From Candidatus Poribacteria bacterium (lineage in GTDB: Bacteria; Poribacteria; WGA-4E; WGA-3G): a stretch of DNA of 64,000 bases. The notes beneath the pieces are model-generated. The model was not told the origin of the DNA and did not search any database. It was given only the letters and a program-made list of their open reading frames with translations. The translations under genes were made by a program, and so were the position numbers. The stretch is taken from contig CBDANF010000003.1 in NCBI GenBank assembly GCA_965197475.1, positions 1,888,001-1,952,000 of the forward strand. The letters are read 5' to 3'. Of the stretch, positions 21,869-32,600 are shown one piece after another (the stretch's first letter is position 1; every line of letters starts with the position of its first letter).

Positions 21869-22936
21869 CTAATAGTCAGGATTTTCCTGATTTAACTTTG
21901 TTGCTAACGCTTTTATGACTTCAGTTGTGTTGATTTCCTGCATGCACAAGTGCGGTGTATCTTGCCGATGGCAAGTACGTTTGTAACACGGTCTACACGA
22001 CACAGGTTTCTCAATGACGGTATGTCCTGTGCCGAAAGGTTGATGACGAGTCGGATCTGTTGGTCCGAAGAGTGCGATTGTCGGGGTGCCAACTGCAGCC
22101 GCTATATGCATTGGACCACTATCACAGGTTAGACACACTTCACACCGTTCTAATAACGCACCAAGCTGAAATATATCTGTTTTTCCGACAAGATTTATTG
22201 TTGATTCTGAAAGCGGTAATTCTTTTGCCAGTGCTTTTTCTGTGGTTGAACCGGTTAACACGATTTTGACATCGGGTGCTATACTTGCAATTTGATTGAT
22301 AACTTCGGTAAAATTACTCACGTCCCACTGTTTTGTCCGCCATGTTGTTCCTAAATTTACCCCTATTAGCTGGTCATTAGGAGACACACCTTCACGCTGA
22401 AGCAGGGTTTGAATTGATTGACGATCAGCATCTGTATGCCAAAACTCTAAATGTGAAGGTGTGAGTGATGTGGTCATGCTGGCATCATTAGAAATGGGGA
22501 GGGTGTCAATATTGAGCAGTTCCAAAACACGGAGATATCGATGTACTTCATGTAGATCGGTATTATCAGAATGAGATGCTGTAAGTAAAATTCCGCGCCC
22601 TTTAAAATTTGATCCGACACGTATTGGAACTCTTGCTAAAAAAGGCAACAGCGCGTTGCGGAATGAGGTGGGGTGTAACACAACAGCAATGTCAAAATTA
22701 CTTTGCCGTATCTGGCGCACCAATTTCATAAGTGATCGATAGTGACCTTCAGCTTTGTTATCAATAATGCATCTGTCTACATACGGGTGTGTTTTCATCA
22801 AGTCAACGACAAGTGGTCGCAACAGGAGCGTCAGACAAGATTTGGGATATACTTGTTTCAGCGCGCGCAGTGTAGGCGTGAGTAGGACCATATCACCGAT
22901 CCAAGCACCTGTATGACACACAAGTATTTTTTGCAT
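21869..22936 (-). CDS. Glycosyltransferase family 9 (heptosyltransferase II-like)
   Basis: WIGDMVL, DSGPMHIAAA, LFGPT; ATG overlaps the upstream stop. Confidence 0.92.
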   Translation of the reverse strand: MQKILVCHTGAWIGDMVLLTPTLRALKQVYPKSCLTLLLRPLVVDLMKTHPYVDRCIIDNKAEGHYRSLMKLVRQIRQSNFDIAVVLHPTSFRNALLPFLARVPIRVGSNFKGRGILLTASHSDNTDLHEVHRYLRVLELLNIDTLPISNDASMTTSLTPSHLEFWHTDADRQSIQTLLQREGVSPNDQLIGVNLGTTWRTKQWDVSNFTEVINQIASIAPDVKIVLTGSTTEKALAKELPLSESTINLVGKTDIFQLGALLERCEVCLTCDSGPMHIAAAVGTPTIALFGPTDPTRHQPFGTGHTVIEKPVSCRPCYKRTCHRQDTPHLCMQEINTTEVIKALATKLNQENPDY

Positions 22937-23808
22937 TAGAAAAAAAATGGATTTGACCAAGCTTTCTTACCGGTCTCATCCGTCACTTCAATTCTTACGT
23001 ATTTTGCGCTTTCTGGTATATTATATGTTGCTTCTGTTAGAAGTTCACCGTTCTGTGCAAGGAAACGCCTACCACGACTACATTCAGCTTTAAATACAAT
23101 TGATTGTGCTTCTGAACACTTAACGGTTATTTGGCTATTATGTAGGTCTATATCAAGGATTTCTGGTCCAAGCGTTGAATAAAATGCACCTGTTCGGAGT
23201 GCTTCCATAATTTTATCAAGCGTCAATTCTTGTGCTTTAACCATTATCCATCCGTGGAAACAGTCGTGTTCTGTGCCGTGTGCATCGTCGGAAGCGATGC
23301 CGAGCACTGGTCCACTTCTATCCAATAGGTCATCCCAAGCTTGTTCTGAAAACCCCTTGCCAATAGTCATACAGGTATCGTTGTAAACTTCAACAGCGAA
23401 ATAACCACGTAAAGGTAGATAATCTAAAATTGTATGTCCACACCAGTAGGGATGACATAGAACTGCTTCTCCACCTTGTTCCTTAATGTCATCAATCACA
23501 GCGTTTGGATGCATCTTTGCACAATTCACTGGTTCATGGATATTTATGGCAACAAAATGATATGTACCGCCTCCATAAGGATTTGATGGATGCACTTCAC
23601 TCCCTGATATTGCCAAAAAGTCAGATGTACTGTAAGCCTGTACGTCGTTAACTTTACGGTGATCTGTTAAGACGAGGAAATCGTAACCAGCCTCTTGGTA
23701 AGCCGCGAAACGGTCTGGGATAGAAAGTTTTCCATCGGATTCGGTGCTATGGCTGTGTGTATTACCTCGGTACCACTGCCCCGGTTGCTGAAAAGGATTT
23801 GCGTTCAT
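22936..23808 (-). CDS. PHP-domain metallohydrolase (CehA/McbA-like)
   Basis: GNTHSHSTESDG, TDH, CHPYW, SDDAH. Confidence 0.85.
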   Translation of the reverse strand: MNANPFQQPGQWYRGNTHSHSTESDGKLSIPDRFAAYQEAGYDFLVLTDHRKVNDVQAYSTSDFLAISGSEVHPSNPYGGGTYHFVAINIHEPVNCAKMHPNAVIDDIKEQGGEAVLCHPYWCGHTILDYLPLRGYFAVEVYNDTCMTIGKGFSEQAWDDLLDRSGPVLGIASDDAHGTEHDCFHGWIMVKAQELTLDKIMEALRTGAFYSTLGPEILDIDLHNSQITVKCSEAQSIVFKAECSRGRRFLAQNGELLTEATYNIPESAKYVRIEVTDETGKKAWSNPFFF

Positions 23809-23910
23809 TGTTTACTCCTTGCATATTGAAATGATTTCTGAATTGTTTGGGATATTGTCAAGTTAGCTGCGTATATTGAATATTCGTAGTTACAGCATCA
23901 CACTATTCAA

Positions 23911-24002
23911 ATTGTAACATATTAAAAAGCCTTTTGTCAATATGGTTAGAATATGAGTTCTCAAGAATAATACTTGACAGAATCATAAATGTGGAGTATG
24001 CT
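23911..24002. promoter_or_regulatory. Divergent sigma70-like promoter pair
   Basis: Plus strand TTGACA(23974)-17-TATGCT; minus strand TTGACA(23940)-18-TACAAT. Confidence 0.6.
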
Positions 24003-24028
24003 TAAAAACAGATTAAAATAATATACCG

Positions 24029-25624
24029 ATGAAACTTTCAAGTGAGTTTTTAAAAGGAAAAGTGATGACAGGTGGGGTTATTTTTGTCGAATGCCTGAAA
24101 GCGCAAGGCGTTAAGGTGATTTTCGGTCTCCCAGGAAACCACCTTGACACCGTTTATGAGGCGTTGTTCAACAATCAAGATACTATTCGGCACTATGTGA
24201 CGCGACATGAAGGCGGGACGGCTTTCATGGCGGATGGTTATGCACGTGCTACAGGCGATGTCGGTGTTTGCATGACGGTTCCTGGACCGGGCTCAAATAA
24301 TGCTTCTATTGGGATATGTGAGGCATATACAGCGTGTTCACCGGTGCTTTGGATCACAGGACAAAATCCGTCTTACTTGGCACAGAAAGACCCAAGAAAG
24401 AGTTTTCACGGGTTAGACCAAAAAGCTGTCTTTGCCCCGATGACAAAACATATTGAAATTGTGCACCGTGTCGATCAGATTCCGGGTGCTGTCAATCGTG
24501 CTTTCAGCGCGCTGCGATCCGGACGGCCAGGACCCGTGTTGATAGAACTCGCAACAGATGCGTTACAAGCAGGAGTCGATCATCTGCCAATACCCCGAAA
24601 TAACGGCGTTCAGACAATGGGAAGCCCAGAGGATATTGATGCAGCGATAGCGTTAATCAGTGCCTCTGAACGTCCATTGATTATCTCTGGCAGTGGTATT
24701 AATCATACGCGTGCAACGGAAGAATTGCTTGAATTCGCACAGCAACTGGATGCGCCGGTTGCGATGACAGGCATGGGGAAAGGGTCTGTTCCTGAAGATT
24801 CACCCTATTCAATTGGTCTCTTCCGTGATGGCGTGGCACAAGCGGCGATGAAAGCCTCTGACCTCATAATTGCCATCGGTACGCGATTTACCTACCGTGA
24901 CACAGGCAATTGGTCGCTGAAAATCCCACAACCTCTCTTACATATTGAAGCAGATGTTAATGAGATTCATAAGGAATACCCTGCAACCGTTGGAATCGGT
25001 GCGAATCCAAAGTTGGTTTTGCAACAACTGAACGATGCCGTTAGTGCAGAAAAACTGACATGTGGTTGGGGTGAGGACTTACAGCAACTTCGGAACCACT
25101 TCACTTCAATTGAACCGCCGCGTATTCTCAAAGAGATGCGGGATGTTATGCCACGTGATGCTACCTTATCAGTTGATGTCAATATCACTGGCTACGGTGC
25201 GCTGTCACATTTCCCGACCTACTTTCCAGGGAGTTACATTTTTTCAGGAATATCAGTTGCAATGGGAATCGGACTAACGGGTGCTATCGGTGCACAAGTT
25301 GCCTATCCAGATCGGAAGGTTGTTGCCCTCAGTGGGGATGGGGGCTTTTTAATGACCAGTCCTGATCTCGCAACAGCAGTAATGTATGATCTACCTATTG
25401 TTACGCTTGTGATGAATGATAATCAATACACTTCGATTGAGCGGGGACAGTTACGACGGTTCGGTAAGCGCATCGGTGTGGAATTGGTTAATCCTGATTT
25501 TATTCAGTTCGCTGAATCGTTTGGGGCAATCGGATTGCGTGTTGAAGACATGGATGATTTTAAACCGATGTTGGAGAAAGCACTTGCTTTGGATAAGCCA
25601 GTAGTTGTTGAAGTAATAAAATAA
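24029..25624 (+). CDS. Thiamine-pyrophosphate-dependent enzyme, acetolactate-synthase-like
   Basis: FGLPG, RHE, GPG, GDGGF...N motifs. Confidence 0.92.
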   Translation: MKLSSEFLKGKVMTGGVIFVECLKAQGVKVIFGLPGNHLDTVYEALFNNQDTIRHYVTRHEGGTAFMADGYARATGDVGVCMTVPGPGSNNASIGICEAYTACSPVLWITGQNPSYLAQKDPRKSFHGLDQKAVFAPMTKHIEIVHRVDQIPGAVNRAFSALRSGRPGPVLIELATDALQAGVDHLPIPRNNGVQTMGSPEDIDAAIALISASERPLIISGSGINHTRATEELLEFAQQLDAPVAMTGMGKGSVPEDSPYSIGLFRDGVAQAAMKASDLIIAIGTRFTYRDTGNWSLKIPQPLLHIEADVNEIHKEYPATVGIGANPKLVLQQLNDAVSAEKLTCGWGEDLQQLRNHFTSIEPPRILKEMRDVMPRDATLSVDVNITGYGALSHFPTYFPGSYIFSGISVAMGIGLTGAIGAQVAYPDRKVVALSGDGGFLMTSPDLATAVMYDLPIVTLVMNDNQYTSIERGQLRRFGKRIGVELVNPDFIQFAESFGAIGLRVEDMDDFKPMLEKALALDKPVVVEVIK

Positions 25625-25756
25625 AGACAATCTCAAAACGGAACGACAAAGTGGTCGCGCCATTCAGAATTAGAACAACACAGTGGTTGTTCAGTACAGC
25701 AATAGAAATCTTTGATTTTATAATCTCGATTATAAATCGGGGAGCAGGAGTTTGAT

Positions 25757-26959
25757 ATGCGAAAAAAGATAGGAGTTTTGACAGGGGGTGGTGATACGAG
25801 CGCACTTAACGCTACCCTCAAAGGCATCGCGTTGAAAGCCGAAGAACTCGGTTTTGAACTGGTCGGATTTATGGAAGGGTGGCGTGGTGTTTTGAAAGGT
25901 GGACGCTACTTTACGCTCACCCCTGACCTGATTGATGAAAATCGCGGTGGAACGCTTTTGAAAAGTTCGCGCACTAACCTTATTGCAATGGATAAATTGG
26001 ATGAAGCGATAGAAAACCTGAAAAAACTAAAGATTAGTGGTCTCATCCCTATTGGCGGGGACGACACGCTGACAGTTGGCACTGCGCTTTCAGAACAAAT
26101 CACAACAGTTTTCGTTACAAAGACGATAGATAATGATGTCGGTATCAATCCGCCTGAAGGCGATGCGGTTGATTATTCAAAGATGGTCAACTATTTCTGT
26201 CCCGGTTTTCCATCCGCTGCAAGTCGAGTGATCAACGCTGTCCGAGATTTGTGGACAACGACCTATTCACACGATCGCGTCATTATCGTGGAGGCAATGG
26301 GCAGAGATGCTGGATGGTTGACGTTATCCGCAGCTTACGGTTTGGCAGACCTTATCGTTGTTCCTGAAGTGCCGTATCAACCTGACAAGTTGGCAGAAGC
26401 AATCCGAGAAAAACATGCTGAGCAGGGAAATGTCATCGTCGTTGTTTCGGAAGGTATCCGAAATGATGCGGGGGAATTAATGATTACCTCACAGGCAGAA
26501 CTTGATGCCTTCGGACACACGAAACCTGGAGGATGTTCTGAAATTATCGTTGAAGCGATGAAGAAACGGCTTCCCGATATATCAAGTTCATCGTTCCGTG
26601 CGTTGATACTTGGATATATGCAAAGATGCGGCAGTCCAACAGGGTTGGATAGAGATGCCGCAATCAAGGCGGGATCGCTTGCTGTGCGATCACTTGCAGA
26701 TGGAATGGTAAATGGGGTCGCTACGATTACTCGGACAGATGCTGGCATTGAACCGATTATGTTGTCTTTGGAACAAGTGCTAAAACGCGACGAAACCGGA
26801 CACGTTATTCGCCGCAGCCTTGATCCGCGGTTTTATGATGCGGAGAACTATCATTTGTCGCCTGCCGGTGCTGGATATTTCCGACCACTTTTTGGGGATT
26901 TGCCCCGCCGTGCGTTAACTTTAGAGGAACGTCATATTGAGATAAGTGAAATTGTGTAA
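25757..26959 (+). CDS. PfkA-family phosphofructokinase, probably PPi-dependent
   Basis: TGGGD, GGDDT, KTIDND, EAMGR; the GGDD and K residues are the PPi-type signature. Confidence 0.9.
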   Translation: MRKKIGVLTGGGDTSALNATLKGIALKAEELGFELVGFMEGWRGVLKGGRYFTLTPDLIDENRGGTLLKSSRTNLIAMDKLDEAIENLKKLKISGLIPIGGDDTLTVGTALSEQITTVFVTKTIDNDVGINPPEGDAVDYSKMVNYFCPGFPSAASRVINAVRDLWTTTYSHDRVIIVEAMGRDAGWLTLSAAYGLADLIVVPEVPYQPDKLAEAIREKHAEQGNVIVVVSEGIRNDAGELMITSQAELDAFGHTKPGGCSEIIVEAMKKRLPDISSSSFRALILGYMQRCGSPTGLDRDAAIKAGSLAVRSLADGMVNGVATITRTDAGIEPIMLSLEQVLKRDETGHVIRRSLDPRFYDAENYHLSPAGAGYFRPLFGDLPRRALTLEERHIEISEIV

Positions 26960-27002
26960 TTCATCGTTTATAGTAAAATCTAAAATACATAAACAACCCA
27001 CT

Positions 27003-27031
27003 TGTAGGCGCGCTTACAAAGCGCGCCTACA
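27003..27031. repeat. REP-like palindrome (GTAG family)
   Basis: TGTAGGCGCGCTT-ACA-AAGCGCGCCTACA between convergent genes; related palindromes near 42392, 48441, 45465 and 56013. Confidence 0.75.
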
Positions 27032-27061
27032 AGAATTATAATTGAATGCGGATAATTCCCG

Positions 27062-28123
27062 CTACAGCGGTAACAAAATTGGGGTGCCTGTTTGTGAGGA
27101 ACGATACGTTGCTTCCGCCAATTCGATGCCATCTCTCCCGATACGTCCGTGTGTTGTCGGTTCTGCCTCACCTGCAATGCACTGTAGCCAATGATCAATG
27201 CTTGTGCCTTTCGCTGCTATGCTCCAGTAGCGTTGATTTCGATGTCCTTCTGGCACGTTGCGGTATGTGTCATCATCCGGCACTGATGCCGTAAATTCCT
27301 CAGCGGATTTCATATCGTGGATTTTCCAGCGCAAACCATGTCTACCCAACGTCGCTGAGCCATTACTCGTAACAAGACCGCTCCCGCTATGGCCAACTTC
27401 GGCAGTCCAACTCTTAATCATCATTCCGACCCCACCATTTTTGAAATGCACGGTTAACAAAGCGTTGTTTTCTACCGCTTGATCAGGCGGCGGATAGGTG
27501 CCGCCGAGAGGAACATGAGTTGTGAACCCGTAGACAGTGGAGGCGGGACCATACAGCCACAACCAGATGTCAAGGTTGTGGATCGCTTGTTCCACAAGCA
27601 TACCACCAGATTCCGCTTTGACGAAAAGCCACGGATGCCGTTCGGGTGAAAAGTATCCTATTTGATTACAATATGCCATTTGCAGCGTGCCGAGTGTGCC
27701 ATCTTCTAACAGCGATTTCAGTTTCATATATCCCGGATCAAATCGCATCATATAGGCTACCATCAGGAGCACACCAGCATTTTCTGCAGCGGCGACCATT
27801 TCGTCCCCCTCAGTGACGTTACAACACATCGGTTTTTCCATCAAAATGTGCTTGCCAGCATCGGCAGCAGCGCGGGTAATTTCAAGGTGTGGACGCGGAT
27901 GAACGCACACATCAACTGCATCTATGTCCTGTCTATCCAAGAGTGCGCAATAATCTGTGTATGCATCTGCGCCAAATCGGTCTGCTTGTTCAGTAGCAGA
28001 TTTTTCGTTTATGTCGGCGATGGCGACGATGTCTGCGCGCCGTGTCGGTTCTTGGTAATACGGGGAATGGAGGTTACGAAAAATACCGCCACATCCGATA
28101 ATACCAACTCTAATTCTGTCCAT
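27062..28123 (-). CDS. Gfo/Idh/MocA oxidoreductase
   Basis: GIIGCG, EKP, GG...HNLD; start at MDRIR after an AGGAG RBS. Confidence 0.92.
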   Translation of the reverse strand: MDRIRVGIIGCGGIFRNLHSPYYQEPTRRADIVAIADINEKSATEQADRFGADAYTDYCALLDRQDIDAVDVCVHPRPHLEITRAAADAGKHILMEKPMCCNVTEGDEMVAAAENAGVLLMVAYMMRFDPGYMKLKSLLEDGTLGTLQMAYCNQIGYFSPERHPWLFVKAESGGMLVEQAIHNLDIWLWLYGPASTVYGFTTHVPLGGTYPPPDQAVENNALLTVHFKNGGVGMMIKSWTAEVGHSGSGLVTSNGSATLGRHGLRWKIHDMKSAEEFTASVPDDDTYRNVPEGHRNQRYWSIAAKGTSIDHWLQCIAGEAEPTTHGRIGRDGIELAEATYRSSQTGTPILLPL

Positions 28124-28378
28124 GAAATTCTCCTTTCTGCCTGCTACTTTTGTGTTACGCAATCAAATCAACAATTAATAATTGCGCTTCAACCTTTTCT
28201 GTAGGAACGACCTCGTTGTTGAGATTTCCTTTCCTCTGTAGGAGCGACCTTCGACTAAAACGGATAATAAGTCGACAATTGAATGTCTCTATGGTTTTAC
28301 AGAAGAAATATTGAATTTTGTCAATACATCGTGTATAATTTGCATAAACATTATGTTTTTCCGATACGGAGGTCGCAG

Positions 28379-28585
28379 ATGAACACAGCCTCACAAAACA
28401 TATTGGAAGCATTCAATCAACTGCCCGAGATAGAAAAACATGCGCTCGCCTCTGAAATCATCAAACAAGTGGCTCTGCTGGATTTTCCACCTTTAACAAA
28501 TGACGCACTCACGGAAATTGCGGATGCGCTTTTCGTTGTGCATGATGAAACGGAGGCGAAGGATGCCGAAACACAATCGGGGTGA
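28379..28585 (+). CDS. Small acidic protein, probable antitoxin
   Basis: GGAGG RBS, 68 aa, overlaps a PemK/MazF-like sequence. Confidence 0.65.
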   Translation: MNTASQNILEAFNQLPEIEKHALASEIIKQVALLDFPPLTNDALTEIADALFVVHDETEAKDAETQSG

Positions 28586-28880
28586 AGTCTGGCTGGTTGA
28601 CCTGGCATGGTAGCCAAAGTTAGACCTTGCCTCGTCATTAGCACACCCGCCTTGTGCAAGATCGTGCGCTTGTAACCGTTGTAACGCATACAACAAGCAC
28701 ACGCGGTTCAAGGTTTGAAGTCCCTGTGAGAACAAGATATTTGGATGCTGCCGGTGTTTTTGATGCACAAAGTGTATAGTTACCGTACCCGAGGCGAAGT
28801 TCTTGAGGAAATTAGGCACTCTCCAACCCGACCAACTATCTGCGATAGAAGATGCAGTGCGTCAATGGTTGAAACTCTAA
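28563..28880 (+). pseudogene. PemK/MazF-family toxin pseudogene
   Basis: Fragments in different frames: MPKHNRGEVWLVDL / MVAKVRPCLVIS / ALVTVVTHTTSTRGSRFEV / KFLRKLGTL...IEDAVRQWLKL. Confidence 0.8.
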
Positions 28881-29623
28881 CCCAACCTACGAGTTCCTTT
28901 CTGCCTGCTAACTTTTAGAATAGGAAGTGTTTCTTCATCCTCTAAGAGTGCAAGTGCCTCTGCAATGAGTGCGTGCTGTAGTATCGGATTATTCGGTTCT
29001 CCAAGCGGATGTCCAAAACCGTACGGAACAAGTAACACACGCGGCGGTTTCACTTTCTTCGCAATGCTTTCAACAAGCGCAATTGAAACTGTGGAAATCC
29101 CTACTTCTTCAACAGCACGTTGTATCAACCCTACAGACTGATTGCACATCGGTCACACAGGAGTTAAAAAAGCGACGTTCACCTCATCTGTTTTAAGCAT
29201 CTGTGCAACCTCTGGTGCGGTTTGTGCAATAAGGGGTTTCGGTTTTGTGATTGACCCCATAAAACTAAAATGCCTATGATTGAGCGAACCGATTTTGCCT
29301 TCGGTCTCCAACTCCCTGAATCTATCAAGTGGAAACGCCAAGTTCACATCATTTTCAATACCGCTGTCATCATAAGCCTCACTTTTATGTCCACTATTTA
29401 GTTCTTGTGTCTGAATAGAATTTGGGATCTCGCGGTACGAACAATCATTCTTCTCAAAGGAATTTTGATTAGAGAGATAAAATCCAGCAGTTGTGATGAG
29501 TGCAACTTTACACTCTTTCAACGGCAAGGACAGCGGTGTGTTAGGAGATGTTTTATAACGCTGAATGCGATAAAACTTCATAAAGAATTGAATTATATGA
29601 TCAATTTTACGTAAAGATGCCAT
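28877..29623 (-). CDS. PrdB/GrdB-like reductase selenoprotein B with Sec at TGA 29153-29155
   Basis: Two track ORFs are in frame: ...VAFLTPV-TGA-PMCNQSVGLIQRAVEEVGISTVSI; also VALITTAG and FPLDRFREL. Confidence 0.88.
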
Positions 29624-29655
29624 AATTATTTTATTGTTGGATTCATGTGCTGCAA

Positions 29656-32600
29656 TTACGCCTCATTTTTGAGTGGCCATCCACCGTGTTCAGCAATTGT
29701 ATTGTCAATATCTTCCATAACTTTTAAGGTTTTTTCAAGTGCGCCGCAGATATGCCGATAATGTTGAATTTCATCAAACGATAGAGTTCGCGAATTGCGG
29801 TCCTTGAGCCATTTTCTTGCAGGTTGGTGTCCACCTACGCGAAATTCCCATACATCCCGTGGGATCGGTGCGAAATACTGGGTTAGATTAATCCAAACGC
29901 GTTGGTCTACCTCTGTCCAACGAATTTCCTCAACATGTACGTTGCCTGTTACTGGAAAAGATGGTAAGTTTACATCTTCGCTTTGAAAGAGCTGCGACTC
30001 CACTAATTGTTCTCCTAACAAAACCAATTTTTGAAACAGCGAGCAATTAGTTGTCAACGGTATATGTGGGAAGTCAATTTTAAGTTGATCAGCATATCGC
30101 TTTCGGTACCCTGGTGCATGCAAAATTGCATAGATATAGTGGAAGATATCCGCTGGTCCAATTGTCGTGTTGCAGTCTCCCTTTCCATGATGAATGAAAC
30201 GCAGTTCAGCAGCATGTTCAATTTCATAATTGAGATGTCGGCATACTTCTTCCCAATATTGTTGTGAAAGGTTATGGAGCCTATGCCCACCTTGTTCTCC
30301 ATAACTGTAGAGCGGAAAAACAACAATTCCTCCGCGTCGGAAGAGATTCAAATTGGCAATTCTTTTGGAGACAGAAACGAGATTCCATATAGCATCCCCT
30401 ACTGCTTGTCCGGCTCTGCCCACACACATTGCAACATTCTCACCCGCGAGAAGATGACGCATCACTTTTACAGTTCTCCTTGCCACCAAAGCATCATGGT
30501 AAAAAATGAATCGTTCATCGTAAGGTCGATATAAGAATGGTTGAATATGTTTATTAAGGTCTTGTTCCGAGCGAAGTGTTTCGCGTGCCTTATCAATATT
30601 CCACTCTTTGTTCATGCGGATAGGTAGTTGCCTACAGAGTTCCTTGTTGGATTCTGTTGAATTGCGAAAGTGGTTTACCCGTTTAAGTATCGGTTCAGGT
30701 TCAAAATCTATTACCATTTTGTCTCGCTTTGTGATAGTACCGCCATTGTTTAAGGGAAAAATGTCAGTAAGTTTCCAGTAGCGTTCGTATTCTTCACTTA
30801 CGCTTTCACTGTGTGGAACAAAAAGATGATTAGGAGATATTGCAGTCAATTCCTTCCACGGGGTTGTGTCAATAATGTTTGCCTCAAGCCAGTTGTATTT
30901 GTCCTCGCGGTTTCCCCACAACTCTGTATGGTAAATACGCGCTGGAGATAGTTTTCCTGAGACATTTTTGACAAAGATACCAATAGACACCCCTTGTTGA
31001 ATTTTAAAAACGTTTTCATCCGAACCTCCATCAGGTGGCTTTTCATTCGTTCGCTTATTTCCGTGCAGGTCAAGGATGTAGATCTTATCAAAGGTTTCCA
31101 TGAGACTTTGTCGCATGCCACGAAACGTAACGTTATTGAGGTAACCGTGATTAGAAATAAAGGCAAGGACTCCGTACCCCGTGCGCGCAATACGCCATTG
31201 AGCAAACCGAATAAACTTGACATAATCATCGTTTAGCCATTTTGAATTGCGTTCATCAAGATCGCGCCCATCAACCTTAAAATAGTCTTCTGTTGTGATG
31301 TCTCCGTCAAGTCCCCGTAATAATCCCATAATCCATTCACCGTTGTTGTCCGACTCCCCGAAATACGGCGGATTTTTGACGATTACCATCACTGGCAGAT
31401 CTCGTTTAACAGTAGCAGCGGATTCGGCTTCTTTGGCAATTTCATCTAAAAAGGTAAACAATCCTTCTTGAGGATCTCTTGCCTCAAGCGTATCCGTGAG
31501 ATAAACATTGAGACGTTCTCCATCTTTCAAATTGTATCCAAGTTGCATAAGTTGATGTGTAAGGGTTAGGTGGCACATCGTGTAAGGTGCGACCATGCGT
31601 TCAAACCCGTGGAGCCGTTGTAAGAGATGCTTTGATACATATTCCTGCCACGCGCCTGCCATCCCACTGGTGATAATGGTGTGATGTATCTGTGCAATCA
31701 CTGATCGGAGAAACGTACCAGTACCAGCGGCCGGATCAAGAATTTGAACCTTCGGCAACTGTGTTCCGTTCACATCAACTTTGCCTGTATGTGCAAGCCC
31801 ATCAGACAAATTGAACTGATCAGTCAATACTTTATCAACGCTTCGAACAATATACGAGACAACTGGTTCGGGGGTATAATAAACACCGCGTTTTCTACGA
31901 ATCTCGGGGTCGTAGTCGCTGAGGAAGTCTTCATAAAAGTGAATAATTGGACCTGCTTGCCTACCTTCTGTTCCAAAATCGGCAATGATACTTTCCATAT
32001 CAGCAAGGTCAAGTAATTCTGTAATAGGATCAATAATCCAATGCAACTGCGTCAATTTTTGGATAGATACCCAAAGAAGTTGTGAGAGAAAAGGGTTCAT
32101 CTCGTCAAGAGTTTCTATCGCGTTAGTTCGAGTAAACGTCCCGTGGGTATGATGGCACCTTGCAGCGAAAAGACTGTAGGTTATCGTCTGTGCCATCATA
32201 TCTGCGAAGTCTGCTTCAGACAAATCTGCAATGAGGTGTTCACGGAACGCTGCCAACCGATTCTGGAGTTCGTTATTTGATGTGTCCTTAAGGAGGTTGT
32301 CAATTGCAGCCTTAAGCAATTGTGCTTTGCCACTGAGCATCCGCGCTAAGTCTGATGCTTTACCAATCCTGGGAGGCTCCGCACCAAAAAACGCGGTTAA
32401 AAAGATTGAGACTTCGGAGTCATCTGTGTTTTGATGTATCACGCGTTGATCGGTATCATTTATGTCTGCGATACGGACAGATAGACAATTTTCACCAGCA
32501 CTATAGAGACGAAATTCCAAATAATCAGTTAAAATAAGATTTGGAAACGCTCTGCGATACCGTTGAAGTTGTTCTGATGTTTCTTCAGTATCTAAGCCTG

